Shown in pieces: positions 23,938 to 36,144 of a DNA stretch of 64,000 nt. A program made the translations under genes and the position numbers. The DNA is from Cyanophora paradoxa CCMP329 (taxonomy: Eukaryota > Plantae > Glaucophyta), in assembly GCA_004431415.1 (NCBI GenBank), contig QPMI01000609.1, positions 124,001 to 188,000 on the forward strand, in the 5' to 3' direction. The notes below the pieces were generated by a model. The model ran no database searches. It had not been told where the DNA came from and worked only from the letters and a program-made list of their open reading frames with translations. Each line of letters opens with the position of its first letter. Positions within the stretch are counted from its first letter, which is position 1.

Positions 23938-26400
23938 CTAGCGGCGCCTGCGGGCGGCCATCTCCTCGGCGGTCTGGAGGCTGCGGCGCGCCTCCGCCGC
24001 CTTCTCGTGCCCCGCCCCGAACGCCCGCTCGAAGACCACCGCTGCCACCTCCGCGCGCCCCGCCCCGCCTCAGATCTAGAGGGGAGGGCGGGAGGGGCGG
24101 GCCGGGGCGGGGGCACCTTGAGGAGGGGTACGGCGGCCTCGGGCTGGTCGGCGCGGATGAGCTCGACGGCGAGGTTGCGCATCGCCTGCGCCGTGTTCGG
24201 GTGCTCCGGGCCCAGCGTCGCCGCGTAGATCCGCAGCGCCTCCTCGAACAGCGGCCGCGCCTCCTCTGCCCCGGCCCGCCACGCTCAAGCCGGGGCGGGC
24301 GGCCCGGGCGGGGCGGGGCGGGGCGGGGGCGGCGGACCGTGCTTCTCCTGGCGGCAGAGGAGGACGGCGAGCTCGTTGATGCTCCACGCCGTGTCCCGGT
24401 GCTCCACGCCCCGCGCCGCGACGGTGACGCGGATCGCCTCCTCCAGCAGCGGCCGCGCCTCGCCGTCCCGCCCCATCGCGATCAGCGCCGACGCCAGCTG
24501 CGCCATCGAGCTCGCCGTGTCCAGGTGCTGCGGGCCCAGCCCCGGGTCGTTCAGCCGGATCCTCAGCGCCTCCTGCCGGCGGCGTCGTGTCAGCGCCCGA
24601 GTCCGTTCAGAGGGGCGGGGGGCGGGGGGCGGGGGCGGGCCTGGTGGAAGCCGCGGGCGAGGTCCCACTGGCCGCGGCGGGAGTAGGTGGAGGCGAGGAA
24701 GTGGGCGGCCGTCGCGCACTCGGGGTGCTCGGCGCCCAGCACCCGCATCCGCACCCGCAGCACCTCCTCCAGCACCCGCTGCGCCACCGCCTCCTCCCCC
24801 TGCCCCCCGCCCGCCCGCCCGCCTCAGCCAGCGCCGGCGGCGGCGCGGGGCGCGCGGGGCGGGCGGGGCGGCGGGGCGGGCCTGGAGGGAGTGCATCTCG
24901 CCGAGGAAGAGAAGGGAGGTGAGGGCGTCGGGGTGCTCGGGGCCCAGCGCCGCCGCCTGCACCCGCGCCGCCTCCTCGAAGACCGGCAGCGCCTCCGCGA
25001 AGGCGCCCCCCTGCCGCATCGCCACGCCCAGCCGGTGCAGCGCCGCGCCCCGGCGGCGTCGTGTCAGCGCCCGAGTCCGTTCAGAGGGGGGGGGGGCGGG
25101 GGGGGGGGCGGGCCTGGTGGAAGCCGCGGGCGAGGTCCCACTGGCCGCGGCGGGAGTAGGTGGAGGCGAGGAAGTGGGCGGCCGTCGCGCACTCGGGGTG
25201 CTCGGCGCCCAGCACCCGCATCCGCACCCGCAGCACCTCCTCCAGCACCCGCTGCGCCACCGCCTCCTCCCCCTGCCCCCGGCCCGCCCGTCCGCCTCAG
25301 CCGGGGCCGGCGGCGGCGCGGAGCGCGCGGGGCGGCGGGGCGGGCCTGGAGGGAGTGCATCTCGCCGAGGAAGAGAAGGGAGGTGAGGGCGTCGGGGTGC
25401 TCGGGGCCCAGCGCCGCCGCCTGCACCCGCGCCGCCTCCTCGAAGACCGGCAGCGCCTCCGCGAAGGCGCCCCCCTGCCGCATCGCCACGCCCAGCCGGT
25501 GCAGCGCCGCGCCATCGCCCGGTGCTCCCCCAGCCCGACCGCCGGTACGCCTCCACTGCGCCCTCCTGCGCCCCGCGCCCCGCGTGAGGCGCGCCCGCGC
25601 GGGGCCGGGCGGCCGGGCCGGGGGCGGACCAGCAGGGGCCGGGCGGTGGCGTCGTCGCCGAGGAGCGAGTGGCACTCAGCGAGGCAGACCATCGAGGTCG
25701 CCGTGTCCGGGTGGTCCGACCCCAGCGCCTGCCCCGTGGTCAGCGGGGGCGGCGGCGCGGGGCGGCGCGGGGCGGGGCGGGCGGGCGCACGGCCTCGTGG
25801 GCGCGGAAGGAGTCCTCGAAGAAGGGGACGGCCCCCTCGACGTCGCCGCGGCGCCGCAGCAGGAGCCCTAGCTTGTGCGCCGCCGTCCCCGCGTGCTGCG
25901 TCCCGCCCCACCCGCACTCCTCGTACACCCACAGCGCGTGCTGCCGTCGGCCCGCCCCGTCAGAGAAGCGGCTGCGGCGCGGACTCCGAAGGGCGCACGC
26001 GGAGGAGGCGCTCGGCGGCCTCGTCGTCGCCGAGCAGCGCGCTCGTCTCGGCCTGCCACATCAGCGCCGTCGCCGTGTCCGGGTGGCCCTCCCCCATCGC
26101 CTCCGCGTGCAGCTGCACCGACTCCTGCGTGCCAGACGATGAGCGCAGGGCGAAGGGAGAGGGAAGGGGAAAGGGCGCCGGAGCGACCGACCTCGAAGCA
26201 GGGGTGCGCGGCGGCGTTGTCGCCCGCACGGTTGTAGAGGAGTCCGAGGCGGTGCACCGCCGTCCGCAGCTGCGCGCCCGCCTCCTCCGCGCCCGCGCCC
26301 GCCGCCGCCGCCGCCGCCGCACGCAGCGCGACCACCGCGTCCTGCGCGGCGGCCTCAGGCGGCGCGGCCGGACGGAGGCGGCGGGCCCGGGCCCGGGCGG
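23938..26400 (-). pseudogene. 5'-truncated duplicate of the TPR gene with an internal ~474-bp exon/intron duplication
   Basis: Same TPR exons as 28875-30845; homology stops at ~26400; 24576-25049 repeated at 25050-~25510. Confidence 0.7.
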
Positions 26401-27749
26401 GCGCGCGGCAAGCTAAGCCCGGGAGGGAAGTGGCGGCGCGGGAGGTCGCACGCGGAGGAGGCGCTCGGAGGCGCAGTGCGAAGGAAAAGGAAACGTCGGG
26501 ACGTCGACCGCTGACGCGTACGCCTCGCGCGCCGCATGCGAGCACTAGTGCGGTGCACGTGTGCGCATGCAGCACGTGTGCGGTCCGATCCCAACCGAAA
26601 CCGGGGAAGCCGCTTCTCAGCCGTGCCCGCATTGGTGCACGTGGTCTCCTGCAGGGGAATGTGTCCTGCAGGTGGTCTCGATCAGCGCGCCGTCCGCGCT
26701 CGATCGCGGCCGACCGCTACATCGATCTCGATACCTCGAGCCTTGATGCGAACGCTGCGAACGATGCGTGAGGCCCTAAAGTGTTGGACTACATCGATAC
26801 CCCCCTCTCTCCCCTCCCCCTCCCCGCCAGCACGCAACATCTAGAACCCCTCGAGCTCTAGTACAGCGGCTTGTACGGCCGCTGAGTGTTGCGGCCGAGC
26901 CTGCACTGGAGCCGATCGCGAGCTTGCTGCCTGGCAGCTCAGCGGCTGCACGCGTACGGTGCACGCGCGCGTGGCCGGACGCGGCTGCGAGCCGGGCCGA
27001 TCGCCGCGGCTGCGCGCCGGGCCGAGCCTGTATTTCAAGGTTGAAGCCTTTAAAGCGGCAGCTCCAGCGGTTCTGTGTCGAGTTGCAATTGTAACCGCGC
27101 GCCCTAGCTATAGGCCTGCAGCTGCAGCTGGGGCCGGGCGGCGCGATATCGATGTGCGTGCGTGTTCATGTTGCCAGCTGCAGTACTAGTTGACGTTGAC
27201 CGGCGGACCGTCGGACGTCGAACACATATATGTAACCGCGCGGCCGCCCGCTTGCCGGCGGGCGGCGGCCGCGGCGCCGCCGCGCGCGCGCGCGGCCGCG
27301 CGCGGCCACACCCGCCGGGCCGGCGCCTGCCCGCGCGTGCACGTGCCATATTAATAATCGCGCGATCTCATGGCATGCGCGCAGTTCTCCGCGGATCCGA
27401 GCTCGAGGCCTAGGGTCGTAATCATGGATTCGAAACAAGCAGCGTGGCCGGGTCGACGTCCGTCCCTCGAATATTCCGAAGTTCTCTGTTGCGAATTTTC
27501 CTCCATATATATAGCTTTATATATAGCAAGCGCTAGCTCAGACTCGAATTAACTCCTAGGCTCGCGCGATCATGATTAGCTCGTTCGTACAAGGAATCCG
27601 ATATGATCCGATGATCATGATCATGACGTCGACTTCTCTAGCTATATGTAAATCCGAGCCTCTAGATCTACGTTTATATATATGTTTATGTGCATCGTGC
27701 TTGCAATTGATCTGACCCTTAAGGCGTGCGGCAGTGCAACAAGCGCAGC

Positions 27750-28675
27750 ACCGAGTTCACGATCAAGATCTAGAACCCAAGGAACGCGATCGCGAGGATC
27801 CGGAACTAGAGATGAGCAATGACCCGCCGCTAATCGATCGCGAGGTTCGCGCTGCAAGTCGCGCGCGCGTCGAGGTCTTCAATGTTCGATCCGTGTTCGA
27901 ATTCGTATTCTGACAGCAAGAGCGGCGCGCGCAGGAAATCGAAGAACAGGACGTTGGCGCTGCGCATGCAGCTGGTGTCGTGCCCGATCGCGATCGAAAT
28001 CGCGACGGGCCCGCGGCATCTGGGCATGCCTCGAGCTCGAGCTCCGGCCTGCGTCTGGTACGCTTTGATCGCGCTCGCGCCGCGCGCTCGCACTCGGACG
28101 TTTTAAATTTAATTTCCAAATCCTCGTGCGCAGCGTTCGAGTGTGCATGTTGACGTTGCCAGAGCGGAAGTTGAGGGCGTGCACGTTCAGCTCGGAGAAG
28201 TGACCATGGATGCCGAGGGACTTGAGCGCGCGATAGGCACCTGCAGACACGCTATCGACGTGGCGGGACAGAAATTCTCGGAGGACACGAAGCTCGCCGC
28301 CGACACCTGCAGACACGCTGTCGACGTGGCGGGACAGAAATTCTCGGAGGGCACGAAGCTCGCCGCCGACACCTGCAGACACGCTGTCGACGTCTGCAAC
28401 CACGCCCTCAGAATTTTCTGGCGGATCGCCCTATCAATGGTGCGTACGCGATCCGCGGCCGTTAATATATATCGCAATGCCTCGCAATCGGTGCCGTTTC
28501 TGGCTTAAGCTTGTATATAATTATAGAACTCATGATCAATGTTTAATTGTACACCTGAACAGATTTTGGCATTTGCGTTTGTCGTGGTCATGATCATGAT
28601 CATCATCATGGCCTCGATGGGGTCTGCGATCCCCTCGCTGGCGCTGTGGCACTTCCCAGACACCCCGCCCTCGTG
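27750..28675 (+). CDS. Small spliced hypothetical protein with 21-aa helical repeats and a C-terminal transmembrane segment (start not located; degenerate copy at ~22474-23735)
   Basis: Exons EIEEQDVGAAH..GLRL | RSSVHVDVARAEVEGV..(TCRHAVDVAGQKFSEGTKLAAD)x2..RIFWRIALSM | ILAFAFVVVMIMIIIMASMGSAIPSLALWHFPDTPPS*, with GT-AG introns. Confidence 0.45.
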
Positions 28676-28874
28676 ATCGCGCTTCTATATGTAGCTACCG
28701 TGCTCGAGCTTGCGAAAACAATTGATCGAGCTCAATCTTTGCCTCTTCAGGAGAAAAGAACGCAGGGCCCCGCGACCGAGCGCGGTGGGCTGCGAGATGG
28801 GGGCGGATAGAAGCTCGTTCGCGGGGAGAGGAACGCAGGGCGCCGCATTCGAGGGCGGCGCCGGCGGGCTGCAG

Positions 28875-31247
28875 CTAGCGGCGCCTGCGGGCGGCCATCT
28901 CCTCGGCGGTCTGGAGGCTGCGGCGCGCCTCCGCCGCCTTCTCGTGCCCCGCCCCGAACGCCCGCTCGAAGACCACCGCCGCCACCTCCGCGCGCCCCGC
29001 CCCGCCTCAGATCTAGAGGGGAGGGCGGGAGGGGCGGGGCGGGGGCACCTTGAGGAGGGGTACGGCGGCCTCGGGCTGGTCGGCGCGGATGAGCTCGACG
29101 GCGAGGTTGCGCATCGCCTGCGCCGTGTTTGGGTGCTCCGGGCCCAGCGTCGCCGCGTAGATCCGCAGCGCCTCCTCGAATAGCGGCCGCGCCTCCTCTG
29201 CCCCGGCCCGCCACGCTCGGGCCGAGCCGGGCCGGGCGGGGGCGGGCGGGGCGGGGCGGGGGCGGCGGACCGTGCTTCTCCTGGCGGCAGAGGAGGACGG
29301 CGAGCTCGTTGATGCTCCACGCCGTGTCCCGGTGCTCCACGCCCCGCGCCGCGACGGTCACGCGGATCGCCTCCTCCAGCAGCGGCCGCGCCTCGCCGTC
29401 CCGCCCCATCGCGATCAGCGCCGACGCCAGCTGCGCCATCGAGCTCGCCGTGTCCAGGTGCTGCGGGCCCAGCCCCGGGTCGTTCAGCCGGATCCGCAGC
29501 GCCTCCTGCCGGCGGCGTCGCGTCAGCGCCCGAGTTCGTTCAGAGGGGCGGGGGGCGGGCCTGGTGGAAGCCGCGGGCGAGGTCCCACTGGCCGCGGCGG
29601 GAGTAGGTGGAGGCGAGGAAGTGGGCGGCCGTCGCGCACTCGGGGTGCTCGGCGCCCAGCACCCGCATCCGCACCCGCAGCACCTCCTCCAGCACCCGCT
29701 GCGCCACCGCCTCCTCCCCCTGCCCCCCGCCCGCCCGCCCGCCTCAGCCAGCGCCGGCGGCGGCGCGGGGCGCGCGGGCGGGCGGGGCGGCGGGGCGGGC
29801 CTGGAGGGAGTGCATCTCGCCGAGGAAGAGAAGGGAGGTGAGGGCGTCGGGGTGCTCGGGGCCCAGCGCCGCCGCCTGCACCCGCGCCGCCTCCTCGAAG
29901 ACCGGCAGCGCCTCCGCGAAGGCGCCCCCCTGCCGCATCGCCACGCCCAGCCGGTGCAGCGCCGCGCCCATCGCCCGGTGCTCCCCCCAGCCCGACCGCC
30001 GGTACGCCTCCACTGCGCCCTCCTGCGCCCCGCGCCCCGCGTGAGGCGCGCCCGCGCGGGGCCGGGCGGCCGGGCCGGGGCGGACCAGCAGGGGCGGGCG
30101 GTGGCGTCGTCGCCGAGGAGCGAGTGGCACTCAGCGAGGCAGACCATCGAGGTCGCCGTGTCCGGGTGGTCCGACCCAGCGCCTGCCCCGTGGTCAGCGG
30201 GGGCGGCGGCGCGGGGCGGCGCGGGGCGGGGCGGGCGGGCGCACGGCCTCGTGGGCGCGGAAGGAGTCCTCGAAGAAGGGGACGGCCCCCTCGACGTCGC
30301 CGCGGCGCCGCAGCAGGAGCCCCAGCTTGTGCGCCGCCGTCCCCGCGTGCTGCGTCCCGCCCCACCCGCACTCCTCGTACACCCACAGCGCGTGCTGCCG
30401 TCGGCCCGACCCGTCAGAGAAGCGGAGGGAAGCGGCGGCGCGGGAGGTCGCACGCGGAGGAGGCGCTCGGCGGCCTCGTCGTCGCCGAGCAGCGCGCTCG
30501 TCTCGGCCTGCCACATCAGCGCCGTCGCCGTGTCCGGGTGGCCCTCCCCCATCGCCTCCGCGTGCAGCTGCACCGACTCCTGCGTGCCAGACGATGGGCG
30601 CAGGGCGGAGGAAAGGCAAGGGGGAAGGGGCCGCCGACCTCGAAGCAGGGGTGCGCGGCGGCGTTGTCCCCGGCGCGGTTGTAGAGGAGGCCGAGGCGGT
30701 GCACCGCCGTCCGCAGCTGCGCGCCCGCCTCCTCCGCCCCCGCGCCCGCGCCCGCCGCCGCCGCCGCCGCACGCAGCGCGACCACCGCGTCCTGCGCGGC
30801 GGCCTCAGGCGGCGCGGCCGGACGGAGGCGGCGGGCCCGGGCGCGCGCGCGCGCGCCTCGAGGAGGAGGCGGGCCGCGGGGTCGTTCCCGAGGGCAGAGA
30901 GCGCCTCGCTCAGGTTCACCTGAGCCCCGAGCCGCTCAGCGGCGCGCGGGCGGCGGGCGGCGGTCGAGGGCGCGGGCGGAGACCATGGCGACGGCGGTCT
31001 CGGCGTGCTCTGGCCCCAGCGCCTCCTTGAGGACGCGCACGGCCTCCTCGAGGCGCTCCCACGCGCCCTGCGCGTCGCCCTGCCGCAGCAGCAGCGTCCC
31101 CAGCCTGTTCATCGCCCGCGCCGCCTCCGGCCGCTCCGCCCAGCCCGCCTCGGCGTACACGGACAGGGCATCCTCCAGCAGCGGCCGCGCCGCCACCCCT
31201 GCGGTGCGCGCGCCCTCGGCATGCCGCGAGGTGCGGATCGGCGGGGG

Positions 31248-31281
<34 letters not shown>

Positions 31282-32048
31282 CGTTGCCGAGCAGCGCGTG
31301 AGCCTCCGCGAGGCAGGCCATAGCCGTGGCGGTCTCCGGGTCGTGCGGCCTGAGGCGCGCGCGCAGCCCGACAACCTTCTCGAGCATCGGGAGGGCCTGC
31401 TGCAGCGCCCGCTCGTGGGGCCTGCCCTCCAGCAGCCCGAGGAAGTGGGCCGCTACGAGCACGTGCGGGTGTCCCTCCCGTCCCGCGCCGCTCGCGGCCC
31501 GGAGGGCGCGCTGCGGGGCGGCGGTCGGGCGCGGGTCGGGAGGCTGCGCGGGCGGTCGGCGGCGCGGGGGGCACCTCGAAGTACTTCTTGGCGGATTCCG
31601 TCCGCCCAACCAGGTACATTAGGAAGCCCAGAGTGCCGAAGAAGCGGCTCAGGCTCGAGCGCGCGCCGCCCAGTAACGAGCGCTGCGCGGCTGCGACGCC
31701 GCTGGTCTCGGCGGCGGGGGGCTCGGGCTCCTCTGCACTATTGCGGGGCGGAAGCTGCGGTATCGCTACTGTCGTCTGCGTCGGTTCTGCGGCCGTCTGC
31801 GGCGCCGCTGATGTTTGATGCCGCCGCGCAGCACCAAATTGCGCGAGGCCGCTCGAGGGCGAGCCTCTGCGCCAAAGACTAGCACGAAGTGCATGCTTGT
31901 TGGATTCACATCGAGCCGGTCGCAGCGGCAGGAGCGTGGATGACGAGAGGAGCGACCGCTGAGCGACGAGACCTCGAAACGCGAGCCGGCCGGGCTGTCG
32001 CCTGAAGGTCGCGGAGCTCGCCGCCGCCGCAGCCCGCATGCCGAACAT
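28875..32048 (-). CDS. Kinesin-light-chain-type TPR repeat protein with a putative organellar (mitochondrial-like) presequence
   Basis: Repeated LGPEHPD(T/A)(A/L)TS motifs (e.g. ALGPEHPDALTSLLFLGEMH, LGPQHLDTASSMAQLA); Arg/Ser/Ala-rich, acid-poor N-terminus MFGMRAAAAASSATFRRQ. Confidence 0.85.
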
Positions 32049-32415
32049 CGCGCCGCCGCGGCTCTTCGCAGGCCCTCAGCGCGCGGTCTTTTCGCTTCGC
32101 TGCTTCGCTGAAGGTCAAATGGGGCGCACTGAACTTTTCCAGTCGCGCAAGGCGGTCCGAGCGCGCGGCAGGGCCAGGAGAGCCCGCGCTCGCACGCAGC
32201 TCGCTGCGAAGGGGGGGTAGGACCACCAGGAGGGCTGGGTTCAGACACACACGAAGCTCATAGCTGTAGGCGCCCCGGAAGCCAGGCGTACGCCAGAAGC
32301 TCCCAGATCGTGCACCAAATCACCTTGATCGGCTCCAAGCGCGCGGCTGCAGCTGGCTTGAGATCTTGAAGTCTCTGCAGCTGCGAAGACCGGGTCGGGA
32401 ACGGCGAGCCCGCCG

Positions 32416-33806
32416 ATGCAGGCCGAGGACGCAGAGGCGGGGGAGTTTGATTGCCCCATCTGCGCCTCGGTCCTTGTCGGAGTATGCACTCTGCCTTGCA
32501 AGCACAGCTTCTGCAGCAGCTGCATCGCGCGGCATGCATCGCGAAGAGCCCTGAGCCAGGAATTCTCGTGCCCGGTTCGTGCTTACTCTGCTTCGCTCAA
32601 CGGCGCCTGCCGCAATGCGCGATGCTCGCCGCCTAGCCTGGCACGCTGCAGCTGCAGCGCTAGCGCTCACATGCATGCTGGCGTTCGCTGCAGATGTGCA
32701 GGGCCGTGCACTCTCGTGCGGCCCTGCAGAACAGGGACGAGGGGCTGGAGGCGCGGATTGCGCGCTCCAGGCCGCAGGAATACGAGGCGCGCGTGGAAGA
32801 GGCAGCGGAGGAAGAGCGGCGACAGCAGCGGCTCCGCGAACGAACGCAGACCCTTCTCCTGCAGGTTCAAGTGCTCCTGCGCGCGCGAGGAGTCGCCCTG
32901 ACCATCTTTCGTGCGCCGCGCAGGTTGGCAACTTTCACCAGATGCTCCCTCAGGGCCAGGGGACGCCAGGAAACGTGCACCAGGTGCCTTCCTCCGCCTT
33001 TCCGACACCTGCGCACTATGACCTCACGCTCGCCCTGCGCAGTGGGCCTGCTTCGTGCGCCTCAGCGACGGACCGCACGGCATCCCTGACGAGCGCGTCC
33101 CCGACTACATCGCGCGGGTGCGGACCGCCGCCCTGCGCATGTGCCCGTGCATGCGCGCGCGCGCGCACCCCGACCCGGACCTGATCTTAAGGCGGAACGC
33201 ATGCGCGCCCCTCAGGTGGACTTTCTCCTGCACCCGACCTTCCGGCAGCGCCTCGTCTCCCTCTCCGATCCCCCCTTCGTCGTCCAGCGCGTGCGCGTAC
33301 ACGTACCCCTCCTGCCCGGCCCGCGCCCGCCCGCGCCGCCTCTCGATCCCTATAGATCCTCATATACGCCACGGCCGCAGGTCGGCTGGGGGTACTTCAG
33401 CATCCCGATCACGGTGCACTTCGCGCCGCGGTGGCGCATGCCCCCGGCGCGCTACGTCCACACCCTCTCCTTCGACGGGGAGGGATCCCTCGCCGAGTAC
33501 GAGGCGCGTACCCCCCCCCCGGCGCAGCTCTTCCTTTCCTTCTTAACCGTATCTAACATTCTTCTCCGTCAACAGGTTGAGTTCGTCGAGCCGGAGGAGG
33601 GGGAGGGAGAGCGGGCGGCGGCAGCGGCGGCGGCGGGCGAGGACGTGGGGGCGGCCGCGGCCGCGCACGCAAGCGACAGGGCCGACGAGGGCGCGGGCGC
33701 GGGCGGCGCTGCGGGCGGCGCTGGGGACTCGCCTGAGGGGCCCCGAGCGGTTCGTCCGGACCTCGGCCCAAGGCCGCGCCGCCGCGCCGGGCCAGGCTCG
33801 ATCTGA
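32416..33806 (+). CDS. RING-finger (C3HC4) + YEATS domain protein
   Basis: CPIC..LPCKHSFCSSCI..CP|MCR; coiled-coil linker; VGNFH..VHQ|WACFV..|VDFLLHPTF..PPFVVQR|VGWGYFSIPITVHF..HTLSFDG. Confidence 0.88.
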
Positions 33807-34407
33807 GCCCGAGCCCGACAGGCCCGGCGGAGCGGTCGCGGGCGGGGCGATTCCGGCGGCTCGCGGGAAGAGGACCTCGCGCCGGTGCGCGTGCATTCGC
33901 GCTCAAGCTAGCTAGCGCTGTGCCCAGCTTGCAATAACTAGCTCTAGCTCTAGCGCTAGCACGTGCCAAAGCTCTCGTAGCTATAGCCGCGGGCCAGGGC
34001 CGCCGCACGCCTGATCCGCTCGCCGCGCAGGCCGAGCGGCGCGTGCCGGAGCGCGAGATCTCCCTGGCGTCCGACGTCGACGTCGACACTAGTACTCACG
34101 TCGACATCGACCCGGGCGCGGGACCTCCGGGCGCGGCGCCTGGCGCCGGCGGCGACGCCGACGAGGATGGAGGCGGGCGGGGCACGCCCCGGCGCCGCGT
34201 GTCGTAGCGGGTTGTAGCCTAGTAGTAGTTCCATTGGCTACACTCGGATCAAATTTGGCTGAGGGGTACAGTGCGCCAGAAAAAACGGTAGGCAGGACCC
34301 ACTGCGAACAGCACATTCTAGCAAGGGCCGAGCATCCAAACGCGCCGGGGACGCTAGCTGCAGCTTCTGCACCGGCCCTAGCCGTCCAGAAGTCGCGCTC
34401 TTCGGCC

Positions 34408-36102
34408 ATGGCCACGATGAGCCGCGCGAGCCAGCAGCTCGCGTTCCGAGGTGCGCAGCAGCATCTCCCCCTCCTGTTCGGGCAGTCGTAGCACCCGAGT
34501 GCCCCTCGCGAAGTGCTGCGGCGTTCGTGTCGCCCGCTAATGTTAACGTTCGCTTTCATGCCAGACCCGATCCACGGCGAGATCGTTTTCGGCCGGCGAC
34601 AGACCCTCGCGTACAAGACGCCCATCGTGCGTACAGCTTCCCGGGAGCCAGCAAGCGCTGCCTCGATCGAGGCTCCGGCCGGCCTGACGACCCCCCGCCA
34701 GGTCCAGCGGCTCCGGGACCTGCAGCAGCTGGGCGGCGCGAGCTACGTGAACTCGACGCTGTGCCACGACCGCCTCCAGCACTCCGTCGGCGTCTCCTTC
34801 CTCGCGAGGAAGGTCGCGAGCGCCCTCCGGAGTGCGCCCCGCGCCCCGCACCGCCCCGTGGCCCGCGCCCGGCCGACCCGCGCATGCCAACCCATTCTTT
34901 AGAGCACTCGGCGGCGGAGTTCGCGGCGTTCGCGGCGCAGGAGCCCTTCTGCATGTCGGCGGACGACCTCGTGGACGTCATCTCCCTCGCCGGCCTCCTC
35001 CACGACCTCGGGCACGCCATGTTCAGGTGAGCGGTTTCAGGTGAGCGGTCTCAGGTGAGCCTAGCGGTTTCTGAGCGGTTTCTGGGGCCAGCCACACCTT
35101 CGAGGGCTTCATGGAGCTCGTGGGCAAGCCGTTCCACCACGAGGAGGTAGCTCGATCGAGCCCGGCCTTAAAGCTCAAGCTTGATGTTAAGCTTAGCTGA
35201 AGCTTACCTAATTCCAAGCCAAGCCAAGCTAAGCCAGCTGCTTCATAGCTAGCTGGAGCTAAGGAAGCTAAATTCAAGTCTAATGCTAAGGAAGCTAAGA
35301 CTTGGAGGCCGAAGCGAAGCAATCTGGCTAAGCCAATTGAGCTCGGCTGAGCCAAGCTGAGTTCTCGTCGGGCGGGCAGGTGTCGATGCGGCTGGTGCAG
35401 GAGCTGCTGGAGGCGCCGGCCTTCGCCCTCGCGCAGCCGGCCATCGACCTCTGCAAGTGCGGCCCGGCGGCTCCGCCCCGCAGCCCCTCTAGGCTCCTCC
35501 TCTTTAGTACCGGTAGCCGCCTAGCAGGGCGGCCCCGCCCCCTCCTACTACTACTACTTCTCCCCCACCTCCAGCGTCCCGCCCCCGCCCCCGCCTCCTC
35601 CGCCTCCTCCTCCGCGCCTCCCCCCTCCCCCCCTCCTCCTCCCCCGCCGACCTCCCGCGCCCCCGCCCCCTCCGGCGCCTCACGGGGCCGGCGCAGGCGG
35701 ATGATCTCGCCCAAGCCGGAGGAGTTCAACGACCCGCGCCTCGAGGCCATCAACGTCACCCCGTGCGCCCCCGCCCGCCTCCAAAGCTAAACCGAAAGCT
35801 AAGCTAGCTAGAGCCTCCTATAAGGCTAAGCGAAATCGCCCCGCGCCCTAAGCCTCGTCTCCGACGCGCCCCGCCCCCGGGCGCAGGTTCGTGCGGACGA
35901 TGGACAAGGACCACTGGATCCTCAACATCGTGCGTACCCCCGCTAAGCGCCCCCCCCCCCCCCTCCTAAGCGCCCCCCCCCTCCCCCCCCGCCCCGCCCC
36001 GCCCCGCCCGTCCCGCCCCCGACGCTTCTGAGACGCTTCTAAGAGCGCACCCCCCTCGCCCAGCTCCGCCGCGCCTGGGAATGCCCCCCGCCCTGACGCT
36101 CC

Positions 36103-36144
<42 letters not shown>

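Larger units (their letters stand above)
22474..26400. repeat. Segmental tandem duplication, copy A (of ~27835-30845)
   Basis: Collinear high identity over ~3 kb, e.g. 23361-23830 versus ~28315-28770; copy A has an extra MITE and an internal ~474-bp duplication. Confidence 0.93.
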
